A stretch of 64,000 bases of DNA from Candidatus Bathyarchaeota archaeon (GTDB lineage Archaea; Thermoproteota; Bathyarchaeia; Bathyarchaeales; Bathycorpusculaceae). This document shows, in pieces, positions 17,776 to 28,659 of the stretch. The translations under genes and the position numbers were made by a program. The stretch is taken from NCBI GenBank assembly GCA_963768425.1, contig CAVYHV010000008.1, positions 1-64,000 of the forward strand. The letters are read 5' to 3'. Below the pieces are notes generated by a model that saw only the letters and a program-made list of their open reading frames with translations, ran no database searches and had not been told where the DNA came from. Positions within the stretch are counted from its first letter, which is position 1; each line of letters begins with the position of its first letter.

Positions 17776-18141
17776 ATGAACAAGCGCATGAATCCGCGAG
17801 AGCAAAGGCGCATGATGCAGCGAATGGGCATGAACATGGATAGCGTCCCCGATGTTCAGCAAGTTATAATCAGAACAAACACGAAAGATATCGTTATCGA
17901 TGAGCCCCAAGTGGCTATTTTAGAAGTTCAAGGTCAAAAAATGTATCAGGTTATCGGCGGCGAAGTTTCAGAGCAAGCACCGTCTCAACGTCAAGCTGCG
18001 AAAGCGGCTCAACCGATGTTTTCTGAGGAAGATGTGAGGCTGGTGGCGGATCAGACGGGCAAAAGCTTAGAGAAGGCGAAAGAAGCGCTTGAGGAATGCC
18101 AAGGCGATTTGGCGAAGGCTATCCTGTTGCTTCAATCTTAA
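17776..18141 (+). CDS. nac: Nascent polypeptide-associated complex protein
   Basis: MNPRE..RMMQRMGM, NAC domain, C-terminal UBA-like EEDVRLVADQTG...GDLAKAIL. Confidence 0.95.
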   Translation: MNKRMNPREQRRMMQRMGMNMDSVPDVQQVIIRTNTKDIVIDEPQVAILEVQGQKMYQVIGGEVSEQAPSQRQAAKAAQPMFSEEDVRLVADQTGKSLEKAKEALEECQGDLAKAILLLQS

Positions 18142-18197
18142 CTGTAAAAGTTATTTATATTCTGGGTAACCACATATTAATTGAATGGGGTTGGGCA

Positions 18198-19121
18198 GTG
18201 CTTCAAAACGTCGACGTAGCAGTTGTAGGTCACTTATCCATTGATAGAATTTTGCTGCCCAGCAGAACTACGCCATTTACCGTTTTAGGCGGCGCCGCAA
18301 CCTACACTTCACTTGCCGCCAGACGCTTGGATGCAACAGCTTCAGTAATTTCAAAAGTCGGCGGAAACTTTCCAGAAGCATACCTTTGGTGGCTGAGGCA
18401 GGAAGGTGTTGATCTTTCAGGCGTAATTAAAAAGGTAGATGAACCTTCAACTAGCTTTGAACTTGGTTACAGTGCGGACCTGTCTGAGAGAACGCTGAAT
18501 TTGAAGGGCAAGGGTGCGCCAATAGAATTGGCTGATTTGCCGGAGTATTTGAAGGCTAAGTCATTCCATGTTGCGCCCATCGCCAACGAGGTATCCTTCG
18601 AAGTAATTGAGCGTCTAAAACAATGTTCTAATGTGTTGTCACTGGACCCTCAGGGTTTGCTTCGAAATTTCGACGAAACCGGCAAAGTGACTGAAAACGC
18701 TTCGGTTGACAAGCGAATTCTCAGCTTGATTAACATTTACAAGTCATCTCAACCCGAAATCATAGCGTTAACTGGTCAAGCCAGCCTTAAAGCGGCAATT
18801 AAAGCTGTTCATGATTTTGGCGTGGGAACGGTCATTGTGACTTTGGGCGCAAAAGGCTCAGTGCTCTCAGTTGAAGGCGCGCAGTTCAACATCGCTGCTT
18901 GTCCTTCGCAAGTTCTTGTTGACCCAACTGGTGCAGGAGACGTTTTCATCGGCGGCTTCCTTACTGAGTACCTTAGGCAGAAAGAGTCAATATGGTGTGC
19001 CTGTGTTGGTTCAGCGGCGGCTTCGTTCGTTGTCGAAGGAATCGGTCCTACTTACCTTGGCAAGAAAGAGGAAATTTACCAGAGAGCCAAGGTTTTGTAC
19101 GAAAAGGAACTTAAGCAATAG
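18198..19121 (+). CDS. PfkB family carbohydrate/nucleoside kinase
   Basis: GGAATY, VTLGAKGS, VDPTGAGDVFIGGF. Confidence 0.92.
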   Translation: MLQNVDVAVVGHLSIDRILLPSRTTPFTVLGGAATYTSLAARRLDATASVISKVGGNFPEAYLWWLRQEGVDLSGVIKKVDEPSTSFELGYSADLSERTLNLKGKGAPIELADLPEYLKAKSFHVAPIANEVSFEVIERLKQCSNVLSLDPQGLLRNFDETGKVTENASVDKRILSLINIYKSSQPEIIALTGQASLKAAIKAVHDFGVGTVIVTLGAKGSVLSVEGAQFNIAACPSQVLVDPTGAGDVFIGGFLTEYLRQKESIWCACVGSAAASFVVEGIGPTYLGKKEEIYQRAKVLYEKELKQ

Positions 19122-19156
19122 CGTGCATTACAGAATAAAATAGTGTACATGAGGCT

Positions 19157-19372
19157 TTGACTGTGGGTCGCATAGAAAAAGGAGTAAAATGTAGCGTCTC
19201 AGGCTGCACTAGAGAGGCTGCCCGTTCCATCACAACTGACAAAGTCAAGGCTGCTGGCTTGAAGGTTAGCAGCAACGAAAAACGCGCTTTTGTCTGCAAA
19301 GAGCACTATAAAGAATTTAAGAAGAAGACGAAAAAGGACAAGACACTTGATAGGTGGCGTTGGGGCCACTAA
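19157..19372 (+). CDS. Small zinc-binding basic protein
   Basis: CSVSGC...VCKEHY motif, basic C-terminus; immediately upstream of thrS. Confidence 0.75.
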   Translation: MTVGRIEKGVKCSVSGCTREAARSITTDKVKAAGLKVSSNEKRAFVCKEHYKEFKKKTKKDKTLDRWRWGH

Positions 19373-19386
19373 GAGAGTGGGTTTAC

Positions 19387-21285
19387 ATGCGAATACTTCA
19401 GTTGCATTCTGACTTCATAGTTTTCAAACCTGTCCAAAAAGAAATCGCTATCGCTGAAGAGGCGGAGCAAAAAGAAAATCGCTTGGAAGAGATTGTTGTT
19501 CTTTTCACGGCGATAGAAGAAGGCGATAACGGTGCAATCGCCCAGAAAGCCATTGACGATGTGCGTGCGTTTTTGGGTAAACAAAAAACAAATCGAATCC
19601 TAATTTACCCGTTCGCTCATTTGAGCAGCAACCTTAGTAACCCAAGCCAAGCTCTTAAAATCATAAAAGATATGGAAGCCTATGCAAAAGAGAAGGGCAT
19701 CGAGACTTATCGGGCTCCATTCGGGTGGAATAAGCAATTCACTATCTCCATCAAGGGGCACCCACTTGCTGAACAAGCGCGGAGTTACGGGCCCGCCGTG
19801 GTTGCAGCAAGTAGCGGGGCTGAATCGGTTTGCAAGAAAGAAGAAGAACCAGTTTCCACCGCGCTAAAAGCTGAGGAGAAGATGAAGTCTTTCTGGCATG
19901 TCCTGATGCCTGACGGTTCACTGCTCCCTATTGAAGAGTTCAAGTTTAAGGGACACACTAACCTGCAGAAGTTTTCTCAGTACGAGATCAAGAAGGCTCG
20001 GGCGGTGACTGTGATGCCTCCTCATGTGACCTTGATGAAGAGGCTTGAAATCGCTGATTACGAACCAGGAAGTGACCCGGGAAACATCCGTTGGTACCCT
20101 AAAGGACGCATGATAAAATCTCTGCTTGAACAGTACGTTTCTGGGCGGGTTGCTGCTTACGGCGGCATGGAAGTTGAAACCCCCATCATGTACGATTTCA
20201 ACCATCCAAGCTTAGCCAGCTACCTCAACCGTTTCCCAGCTCGTCAATACACGCTTAAATCTGAAGACAAAGAACTCTTCTTGCGGTTCGCCGCTTGCTT
20301 CGGGCAATTCCTCATGGCACATGACGCTCAAATAAGTTACAAACAGTTACCTATCAAGTTGTATGAGTTGACACGTTACAGTTTTAGACGCGAGAAAAGC
20401 GGCGAAGTCGTAGGCTTAAAACGGCTCAGAGCGTTCACGATGCCTGACTGCCACGCCTTATGCGCTGACTTAGATCAAGCAAAGAAAGAGTTCATGGTTC
20501 GCTTCAACCTCTGCATCGACGTTCTCAACGACATCGGACTTGTGAAGGACGATTATGAGATTGCAATGCGTTTCACAAGGGGCTTTTACGATGAGCATAA
20601 AGAGTTCATCACCGAAATCGTGAAGGCTTTCGGCAAGCCCATGCTAGCTGAAGTGTGGAACGAGCGTTTCTTCTACTTCGTGCTCAAATGGGACCTCAAC
20701 TTTGTAGACAACCAAGACAAAGCCGCCGCGTTAAGCACTGACCAGATCGACGTTGAAAACGCAAAACGCTACGAAATAACCTACGTTGACGAGAAAGGCG
20801 AAAAACAGTATCCGCTGATCCTGCATTGCTCCCCAAGCGGCGCCATTGAACGTGACATCTACGCGTTGCTAGAGAAGGCTTATCGCGAACAAATGGCTGG
20901 CAAAGCGCCAATGCTGCCTCTATGGCTCTCTCCCACTCAGGTGCGGCTCATTCCGATATCTGACAAGTACATGGATAAGGTGGAAGAGCTTGCAGAACAG
21001 ATTGCTTCGCACTTTATCCGTGTGGACATTGACGATAGTGCATCTACCTTGCAGAAGAAGATCCGTGAAGGTGAGCAGGAGTGGGTTCCCTACATTATTG
21101 TTGTAGGCGAGAAGGAAATCGAGTCGGGAAACCTATCCGTGCGGGAACGCGGGCTCAAGGGGCAACAGCAAAACATAACAGTTGACGAATTGATTTCTAA
21201 GGTGTCAGAGAAGATCGCGGGTAAACCTTTCAAGCCTCTGCCGCTGCCAATGTACCTTTCGAAGAGACCTCAGTTTCACGGTTAA
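19387..21285 (+). CDS. thrS: Threonyl-tRNA synthetase (archaeal type)
   Basis: MRILQLHSD and YPFAHLSS editing domain, LRFAACFG, FRREKSGE..GLKRLRAFTMPDCH, anticodon-binding domain. Confidence 0.97.
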   Translation: MRILQLHSDFIVFKPVQKEIAIAEEAEQKENRLEEIVVLFTAIEEGDNGAIAQKAIDDVRAFLGKQKTNRILIYPFAHLSSNLSNPSQALKIIKDMEAYAKEKGIETYRAPFGWNKQFTISIKGHPLAEQARSYGPAVVAASSGAESVCKKEEEPVSTALKAEEKMKSFWHVLMPDGSLLPIEEFKFKGHTNLQKFSQYEIKKARAVTVMPPHVTLMKRLEIADYEPGSDPGNIRWYPKGRMIKSLLEQYVSGRVAAYGGMEVETPIMYDFNHPSLASYLNRFPARQYTLKSEDKELFLRFAACFGQFLMAHDAQISYKQLPIKLYELTRYSFRREKSGEVVGLKRLRAFTMPDCHALCADLDQAKKEFMVRFNLCIDVLNDIGLVKDDYEIAMRFTRGFYDEHKEFITEIVKAFGKPMLAEVWNERFFYFVLKWDLNFVDNQDKAAALSTDQIDVENAKRYEITYVDEKGEKQYPLILHCSPSGAIERDIYALLEKAYREQMAGKAPMLPLWLSPTQVRLIPISDKYMDKVEELAEQIASHFIRVDIDDSASTLQKKIREGEQEWVPYIIVVGEKEIESGNLSVRERGLKGQQQNITVDELISKVSEKIAGKPFKPLPLPMYLSKRPQFHG

Positions 21286-21366
21286 TAAACGAAATATACG
21301 TATCATCTGCATAAACTATATCAAACAATCGAATAATATGAACACCGAGTTGAAGAGTGAAGCAGA

Positions 21367-22251
21367 ATGAGCAGCGAACTAGTAGTTTACATCGATGGAC
21401 AATATTACCCAAAGTCTCAGGCTAAAATCTCAGTGTATGACCATGGATTTCTGTACGGCGACGGCGTTTTCGAGGGAATCCGCGAGTACAACGGCGTTGT
21501 CTTCAAGCTGAAGGAACATATTAATCGCCTTTACAATTCTGCACACGCCATCGCATTGAACATGCCGCTAACCAAAGAAGAAATGACAAAAGCCGTCATT
21601 GAAACCTTGCGAAAAAACAAGATGAAAGACTCTTACATACGTTTGGTTGTAAGCAGAGGCGTCGGAGATTTGGGCTTGGACCCGCGCAAATGTCCCAAAC
21701 CGACAGTCATAGTTATCACCGACACGATTTCTATTCGAGCTGGAAACGCAAAAGAAACTGGCATCACAACTATGTTTTCGTGGGTGAGACGAAACCCCGT
21801 TGACGCCACCTCGCACGAAATAAAATCCCTCAACTACCTCAATAGTGTCCTCGCAAAAATCGAAGCCAACGCATGCGGCGTAGACGAAGCCCTCTGCCTC
21901 GAAAGCAACGGTTGCATAGCTGAAGGCGTAGGTGAAAACGTGTTCATCGTCAAGAACGGCGAGTTGCTGACCCCGCCGACATCGACTGGAGCACTCGCGG
22001 GCATCACAGCTGAAGTGGTAACGCAGATCGCTGCTAAACTTCATATAAAACTTACAGTAACCAATCTCACGCCCTTCATGATGTTCACCGCGGACGAAGC
22101 CTTCTTCACGGGAACAGCAATGGAGATGGTGCCAATAAGGGAAGTCAATAAACGGCAAATTGGTACAGGCAAACCCTGCCCCGTCACAAAGAAGCTAATT
22201 GCTGAATTCCAAAAAGTAATCGAAGACCCGGCTCAAGGCGTAAAAGTCTAA
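21367..22251 (+). CDS. ilvE: Branched-chain amino acid aminotransferase
   Basis: DHGFLYGDGVFEGIR, KSLNYLN, EGVGENVF, LAGIT, ADEAFFTGTA. Confidence 0.96.
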   Translation: MSSELVVYIDGQYYPKSQAKISVYDHGFLYGDGVFEGIREYNGVVFKLKEHINRLYNSAHAIALNMPLTKEEMTKAVIETLRKNKMKDSYIRLVVSRGVGDLGLDPRKCPKPTVIVITDTISIRAGNAKETGITTMFSWVRRNPVDATSHEIKSLNYLNSVLAKIEANACGVDEALCLESNGCIAEGVGENVFIVKNGELLTPPTSTGALAGITAEVVTQIAAKLHIKLTVTNLTPFMMFTADEAFFTGTAMEMVPIREVNKRQIGTGKPCPVTKKLIAEFQKVIEDPAQGVKV

Positions 22252-22499
22252 AGCCTTTCTTGTTTCGTTTTCTTTTTCTTTTTTTAATCTGCACAGCGGA
22301 GAAAGTCGTTAACAGTGACCTATTTTTGTGATCAGTTCTAGCTGTGAAAATGGAGCAGCTGTGTAGGTAGGATGCTTCTGCTTAGGTCATGTTTCATGGT
22401 TGTCCTTTTTTTTAGCCCGAGTTAAGCTTTTGCCGCTTGAGCGAAAAAAGCAAATATTAAAAAAAGGCTGTTCCCGTCAAGGCATTTGGAGATTGCTGT

Positions 22500-23728
22500 T
22501 TATTTGGTGCTTTTGCTATTCTTCATGAATCCTTCCAATGCGTCGAAAGCCTCTTCTAACTCCGCAATAGGGGGTAGAAAAACAGCTCTTACATGCCCCT
22601 TGCCGTACACGGGGTCAAAACCTGAGCCGTTCACAATTAGTACCCCTGTTGCTTTTAGCAGTTTGACGACGAAGTCCATATCGGTTTTCCATTTTGTGCC
22701 TATGCCTTGAATTTTTGGGAAGATGTAGAATGCTCCTTCAGGTTTAGTTGTGCTTATGCCTTCGATTTCGTTGAGACGCTTCCACGCGAAGTCGCGTCGC
22801 TGTCTCAGTCTATCAACCGTGTCTTTCACCAAATCCTGTGGTCCATTAAGCGCGGCGTTCGCTGCAATCTGCACAGGCGTGTTGGCGCAGATCCGTATTC
22901 GGCATTCTTTCTCAACACCTTCTTTGAGCGCATCGAGTTTTTCGCCTTCCCCTTTGAAGTACATGTAGCCAAGTCGCAGGCCCGTCATCTGATAGACTTT
23001 GCTGAAACCGTTTAATCCGACAACCGGCACATCTTTTGAAATATAGGCTGCGCTGACGAATTCTTTTTCGTAGGTTAGCTGGTCGTAAATTTCATCTGAT
23101 AGAACCGGCAAATCATGTTCGCCTGCGATGTCCAAAATCTCCTTAACCATCTTCCTATCATAAACCGAACCCGTCGGGTTGTTTGGGTTAATTATCACTA
23201 TGGCGCGGGTTTTCTTGCTTATTTTTTTGCGCAGATCATCGATGTTGGGGTGCCAACATTCCTTTTCGATTGTCTCATACGAGATAGGTGTGCCGTCGAA
23301 AAACCTCGTGTAGGAAATGTACGGTGGGTAGGTTGGGCCGGGAAAAGGATTTCATCGCCTTTTTCCACTAAGGCGCCGAGAATCATTTGGATTCCTTCAG
23401 AAATTCCCTCGGTTATCAACACTTTATCAGCGGTGATGTCTACGTTGTTAACTTTTTTCTCTTTCCTAACAATAGCTTCCCGAAGATCAAGCCTTCCTTC
23501 CGAAGGTGAATAATAATTTTCGTCTTTTTGAACGGCCGCACAGAGGGCATCTTTGACGTTCTGGGGGGTTTTGAAGTCGAATGCTGCTGGGTCGCCGATG
23601 TTCAAGTAATAGATTTTTCTGTTGTCTTTTACCAACTGCGTGGTGTGTTCTATTACGTCGCGTATCGCATATTCAATGTTTGAAGCTCTGCTCGTGACTT
23701 TGACGCCCATTTTTACGTTACCTGTCAT
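22500..23728 (-). CDS. Class I/II PLP aminotransferase (alanine aminotransferase-like), frameshift near 23345
   Basis: IEYAIRD, YLNIGDP, INPNNPTG, SDEIYD, NGFSKVYQMTGLRLGY split over two frames. Confidence 0.9.
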
Positions 23729-23922
23729 CCAAACACTTACGACGAAAAAAATAAAGGTTCCTAGAATGATGCGAAGTCTTGCAAGCCTCTTTTCACGGCT
23801 AGCGAATCCGTGAAGTTTTAAGCTACCTATGCTTCTTTTCGATTATTTCCGTCTCAGTGGAAACTGCACATATTGAACATATTTTTATGCTCGATTTCCT
23901 CTTCAATACCAAGTGACTTCTG

Positions 23923-25791
23923 ATGACGAAAGTGTTTGGTTGGACAGGATCCTTTCTAAATTTAGATTTGACCAAACGTAAAGCCATCCCCGAGCAATAC
24001 GATGAGGCTTTAGCTTTGAATTTTCTGGGCGGCCGAGGCTTCGCGGTCAAAATCCTCTGGGATCGAATCAAACAAGGAACTGATCCTTTCTCTCCTGAAA
24101 ATAAAATTGTTTTTGCCACGGGTCCGTTGACTGCCATCGGTTTACCTAATAGCGGCAAGCTTGTGGTTGCGTCAAAAAGCCCCTTGACGGGAGGTTACGG
24201 AGATGGAAACACAGGAAGTTGGGCAGCAGTCCACATTCGCAAAGCGGGTTACGACGCAATTATCGTTGGAGGTAAAGCTGAAAAGCCAACATTTGTTTAC
24301 ATCAAAGACGGAATCGTAGAGTTTCTTAACGCCAAAGACCTTTGGGGTTTGAGTTCATTTGAAGCGGAGGCTCAATTGAGAAAAACGTATGGGCGCTTGG
24401 CAGGTATAGTTTCAATTGGGCAAGGTGGCGAGAACCAGGTAAAGTTCGCTACTGTTGTTTCTCAGGAGGGACGCTCTGGCGGTCGGCCTGGAATGGGCGC
24501 TGTCATGGGTTCAAAAAACCTGAAAGCCATAGTAATCGAAGGCACGGCACAAATACCTTTGGCCGATTCTGACGGCATGAAGAAGCTGGCAGCGGACGGC
24601 TACCGCGAAGTTCTTGCTAAGCCCCTTTATGTTTTCTGGAAGCGACAAGGAACAATGTCGACTGTGGAGTGGTCACAAGAAAATAGTGCACTGCCTACCC
24701 GCAACTATAGCCAAGCCATATTTGAAAAAGCTGAAGACATCGGAGGCTTCGCTATGGAAAAGATAAAGGTTTCCAATCGAGGCTGTCCCCAATGTAACAT
24801 GACATGTGGGAACGTTGTCAAAGACAGTGAAGGAAATGATTCTGAGCTGGATTATGAAAACGTGGTCATGCTGGGTTCAAACATCGGCTTGGGGAATCTG
24901 GCGCAAATCTCAACTATTAACCGTTTAGCCGACCAATTCGGGTTGGACAGCATCTCACTTGGGAACGTTATCGGCTTTGCGATGGCAGCGTCAGAGAAGG
25001 GTCTGATCAAGGAAAAGATTGATTGGGGTGACTTCGAGAAAATTAAAGTTCTCATCAACGATATCGCTTACAAGCGCGGTTTGGGAGGGGTCTTAGCAGA
25101 AGGAGTTCGTTCTGCCTCCAAAACAGTCGGCAACGGTTCATGCGACTGGGCTATGCATGTTAAAGGCTTGGAAGTTTCCGCTTATGACTGCCACGTAGCG
25201 CCATGCATGGCTTTAGCCTATGGTACCAGCTCCATCGGCGCCCACCATAAAGATGCTTGGGTTATTACTTGGGAAATAAAAATTGGGCGATCAAGCTACG
25301 ATCCAGTGAAAGTCGATCACCTTATCGAAACCCAACTTATCCGCGGGGGATTATTCGAAGCCTTAACCGTTTGCCGTTTCCCTTACAACTCTCTCGGTTT
25401 CGAGCTTGAATGGTACCCGCGGTACTTGAAGGCGGCCACGGGAAAGGATTTTTCAATGGAACAACTGAACCTGATTAGCGAGAGAATTTTGACTTTGATT
25501 CGTGCATTCTGGGTACGCGAGTATGGAAAAAATTGGAGTAGAAACTTGGACGTCCCACCCAAGCGGTGGTTTAATGAACCCTTAACTGAAGGCACACTGA
25601 AAGGCTCCAAGCTTGACTTAGGCAAGTACAATGGCATGCTGGACACTTACTACGTGAAAAAAGGGTGGGACGAAAATGGGGTTCCAACGGGGTCTACTAT
25701 GGAACGACTTGGTTTAGCCCAGGAAGCCACGCAAATCAAAGCAGTGGAGCCTTTGGTCAATATGACCGTGCAAAGTAAACAGTATCCTTAG
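23923..25791 (+). CDS. aor: Aldehyde:ferredoxin oxidoreductase (tungsten enzyme family)
   Basis: KSPLTGG, GRPGMGAVMGSKNLKAI, CPQCNMTC, GLDSISLG, YYVKKGWDENGVP. Confidence 0.93.
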   Translation: MTKVFGWTGSFLNLDLTKRKAIPEQYDEALALNFLGGRGFAVKILWDRIKQGTDPFSPENKIVFATGPLTAIGLPNSGKLVVASKSPLTGGYGDGNTGSWAAVHIRKAGYDAIIVGGKAEKPTFVYIKDGIVEFLNAKDLWGLSSFEAEAQLRKTYGRLAGIVSIGQGGENQVKFATVVSQEGRSGGRPGMGAVMGSKNLKAIVIEGTAQIPLADSDGMKKLAADGYREVLAKPLYVFWKRQGTMSTVEWSQENSALPTRNYSQAIFEKAEDIGGFAMEKIKVSNRGCPQCNMTCGNVVKDSEGNDSELDYENVVMLGSNIGLGNLAQISTINRLADQFGLDSISLGNVIGFAMAASEKGLIKEKIDWGDFEKIKVLINDIAYKRGLGGVLAEGVRSASKTVGNGSCDWAMHVKGLEVSAYDCHVAPCMALAYGTSSIGAHHKDAWVITWEIKIGRSSYDPVKVDHLIETQLIRGGLFEALTVCRFPYNSLGFELEWYPRYLKAATGKDFSMEQLNLISERILTLIRAFWVREYGKNWSRNLDVPPKRWFNEPLTEGTLKGSKLDLGKYNGMLDTYYVKKGWDENGVPTGSTMERLGLAQEATQIKAVEPLVNMTVQSKQYP

Positions 25792-27199
25792 CCTTCTGCC
25801 CGCAGTAAATGCAACCTGTTTTCGGTTCTTCTTTTTCGAATGGCAAAACCCTTATGGTTGCACCAGTTTCCTCTTTGATTTTTGCCTCGCATTCAGCGCT
25901 GCCGCACCAAGCTGCCTTTAAGAAGCCGCCTTTGTCGCAAAGCACCTTTTTGAACTCCTCGTAGTTGCTTACCATGCTGGTTTTTTCTTGCATTGATGCT
26001 TTGGCTTTGGCTAACAGGTCTTCTTGAATTTCCTGCAGAAGCTTCTCCGCGGCTGTTGGGATGTCTGCTTCTTTTACTGGAGCTTTTTGGCCATTATCTC
26101 TTCTAACCATAACCGCCTGCCCCTGTTTGAGGTCCCGCGGACCAATCTCTACTCTAACTGGCACACCTTTGAGTTCCCACTGATGAAACTTCCATCCCGG
26201 CGTGTACTCTTCCCTGTCGTCAAGAACGACGCTGAAGCCCTTAGCTTTGAGGGTGTCCGCGATTTCTTTAGCTTTCGCAATTACCAAGGCTGCTTCGGGG
26301 CCTTTGAAGGGAATTGGAACAACTACAACTTGAATCGGCGCTACTTTGGGCGGAAAAACCAGTCCCTTGTCGTCGCCGTGAACCATAACCATAGCGCCGA
26401 TGAGCCGCGTGCTGATGCCCCAGCTTGTTTGCCAAACATAATGGTCCAATTTGTCCTCGCCTATGTATTTGACATCAAAGACTTTGCCGAAGTTCTGTCC
26501 AAGGTTGTGGCTGGTTCCCATCTGCAACGCCTTGCCATCAGGCATCATCGCCTCTAACGACGTCGTGTAGACTGCTCCTGCAAACTTTTCGCTGTCGCTC
26601 TTGACGCCCGCGATGACTGGGATGGCAAGATAGTTCTCAATTATGTTCCTATACTCGCCTAGAGCGTACATAACTTCTGCTTCGGCTTCCTCTTTAGACG
26701 CGTGGGCTGTGTGGCCTTCTTGCCAAAGGAACTCTCTTGTACGAAGGAAAAGCCGCGTGGATTTTGTTTCCCACCTCACAATGTTGCACCACTGGTTAAT
26801 TTTGACCGGCAGATCTCTCCAACTGCGAATCCACTTGGAAAATGTGGCGTACATAATAGTTTCGCTAGTGGGTCTAATGGCTACCCTCTCCTCAAGCTCG
26901 CTGTCCCCACCTTGGCTAATCCAGGCGACTTCGGGCGTGAAACCTGCAAAATGTGCAGCCTCTTTCTTAAGCAAGCTTTCAGGAATAAACATTGGAAAAT
27001 ACACGTTACGGTGACCCGATGCTTTGATTCTTTGGTTGAAGGTTTCCTGAATTTTCTCCCAAATCGCGTAGGCATCCTCGCGGATTATCATACAGCCCTT
27101 AACAGGTGCGTAATCTGCCAACCCCGCTTTCAAAATGACTTCAACATACCATTCAGAGAAGTCTTCACTTTTCTTAACCGTAACTCCAGTATCCGACAT
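25757..27199 (-). CDS. proS: Prolyl-tRNA synthetase (archaeal/eukaryotic type)
   Basis: RPTSET, FLRTREFLWQEGHT, GTSHNLGQNF, TSWGISTRLIG, C-terminal Zn site and FARSY. Confidence 0.97.
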   Translation of the reverse strand: MSDTGVTVKKSEDFSEWYVEVILKAGLADYAPVKGCMIIREDAYAIWEKIQETFNQRIKASGHRNVYFPMFIPESLLKKEAAHFAGFTPEVAWISQGGDSELEERVAIRPTSETIMYATFSKWIRSWRDLPVKINQWCNIVRWETKSTRLFLRTREFLWQEGHTAHASKEEAEAEVMYALGEYRNIIENYLAIPVIAGVKSDSEKFAGAVYTTSLEAMMPDGKALQMGTSHNLGQNFGKVFDVKYIGEDKLDHYVWQTSWGISTRLIGAMVMVHGDDKGLVFPPKVAPIQVVVVPIPFKGPEAALVIAKAKEIADTLKAKGFSVVLDDREEYTPGWKFHQWELKGVPVRVEIGPRDLKQGQAVMVRRDNGQKAPVKEADIPTAAEKLLQEIQEDLLAKAKASMQEKTSMVSNYEEFKKVLCDKGGFLKAAWCGSAECEAKIKEETGATIRVLPFEKEEPKTGCIYCGQKAKDTVYFARSY

Positions 27200-27285
27200 G
27201 GCTCTTTCTCTTCTTTGCTGTCTTTACGCCTACAGAATATAAAACCGTAACGGAGACAACACAAAAAAAAGGCCAAAAAATTTGG

Positions 27286-27320
27286 AAAAACCGCGTTTTC
27301 AGCGGCGGTTTTCTCTTTTT
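27286..27320. terminator. Stem-loop downstream of the ABC operon and upstream of proS
   Basis: gaaaaaccgc...gcggttttctc inverted repeat flanked by A/T runs. Confidence 0.35.
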
Positions 27321-27462
27321 GGGTAGTCTTTACATTCGTATATTCGCAGTTGTCTCTGAGGTTCAATGCGGCATCTTTTGCGTGCGTTCTTACGTCTTAT
27401 CAGAGGGGCAAACCCGAAGAAGGGGCATTTGTTGCAAAGTGTACTCGTGCATGTGCCTCCGC

Positions 27463-28659
27463 TTACCGTGTCATCATTCTTCTGAACAGTGGAACCGCGA
27501 TTGCAATCATAATTGCACCGAACGCTATCAGGATTATCAGATCCGTGGAGATATCGCCTACTCCGGCGCCCAGCACCATGACTTTTCGCATGGCATCGGC
27601 AGCATAGGTTAACGGAAGGAATTTTGCTATGTCCTGCATGTACCAAGGCATCTGCTGCAACGGGAACATTACACCGCTTAGGAACATCATTGGAAACATT
27701 AGTGTCATCATCATCATTTGTGCTGTCTCCTGATCCTTGGCAAGGGATGTCAAAACGATACCTAAGCCGACGAATGAGAATACTCCTAGCAGTAGCAATG
27801 CAGCCACGAGTATCATGCTTCCATGGATCACAACGCCGAATATCCCTAAAGCCAAAGCCATTACTATGACACCTTGGATTAACCCTCGACCAGTCTGGCC
27901 TAAAGCTTTTCCCAGGATGATGGACAACCGGTTGATTGGAGCAACCATCATACCGTCCATTGTGCCGACTTCCCTCTCTTGAGATATCGCAACCGGCAGA
28001 CCTGTCATGACGCTCATCATGACTGTCAACATTACCATTCCGGGCGCAATGAAGCTAAAGTAGCTTGAGCTCGCAGGGGCCGGAACAGTATAGGGCTGGA
28101 CGATGGCGAGAGAATTGTTCGCTGTTACATTTGCAGACAGACTTTGGACTTTTTGCGTTGCAAGTTGAGTGCCTAAATTGTTAATTTCAGCGGAGACAGC
28201 TGCCTGCAATTCTGCTGATACGGTTGGGTTAGACTGGTCAGTTATTACGATCAGCGTTCCCTGTTCTCCGTTCATGACGCTTGCCGAGAAATTGCTAGGT
28301 ATAACTACGGCGCCATCTAATGTGCCCTTTTGAATCTCGCTTTTGATGTTAGCTATACTTGAACTTGTAGACAATGTTAGCATGTGCGTCTGATTGTTCA
28401 TCATCTGAAAACCCGTGATGAAAGTTTGGCTCGGAATAGTATTGTTGTTAAAGCCTGAATCTTGATTCACCAAACCGAAAGGCATGCTGTTTGGCGTGGC
28501 ATTGCCAGATGGATAAATAAAGCCAACCATAACCATCATAAACAGAGGCATAACTATGAGTAGAACCAGACCTAGTCGGTTTCTAAACAGTTCAGTTAGA
28601 TCTTTCCACGCGATTCTGGCAGTGTGGGAAAGCAGAGATTTTGTAGTCATGTTTATCAT
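27463..28659 (-). CDS. ABC-2 type exporter permease
   Basis: EREVGTMDGMMVAP..ILGK, FLSGVMFP...MPWYMQ..AKFLPLTYA; multiple TM segments. Confidence 0.93.
   Translation of the reverse strand: MINMTTKSLLSHTARIAWKDLTELFRNRLGLVLLIVMPLFMMVMVGFIYPSGNATPNSMPFGLVNQDSGFNNNTIPSQTFITGFQMMNNQTHMLTLSTSSSIANIKSEIQKGTLDGAVVIPSNFSASVMNGEQGTLIVITDQSNPTVSAELQAAVSAEINNLGTQLATQKVQSLSANVTANNSLAIVQPYTVPAPASSSYFSFIAPGMVMLTVMMSVMTGLPVAISQEREVGTMDGMMVAPINRLSIILGKALGQTGRGLIQGVIVMALALGIFGVVIHGSMILVAALLLLGVFSFVGLGIVLTSLAKDQETAQMMMMTLMFPMMFLSGVMFPLQQMPWYMQDIAKFLPLTYAADAMRKVMVLGAGVGDISTDLIILIAFGAIMIAIAVPLFRRMMTR

Noticed and set aside
25757-25791. 35-nt convergent overlap of the aor and proS 3' ends
   Set aside because: Short tail overlaps are common in compact archaeal genomes
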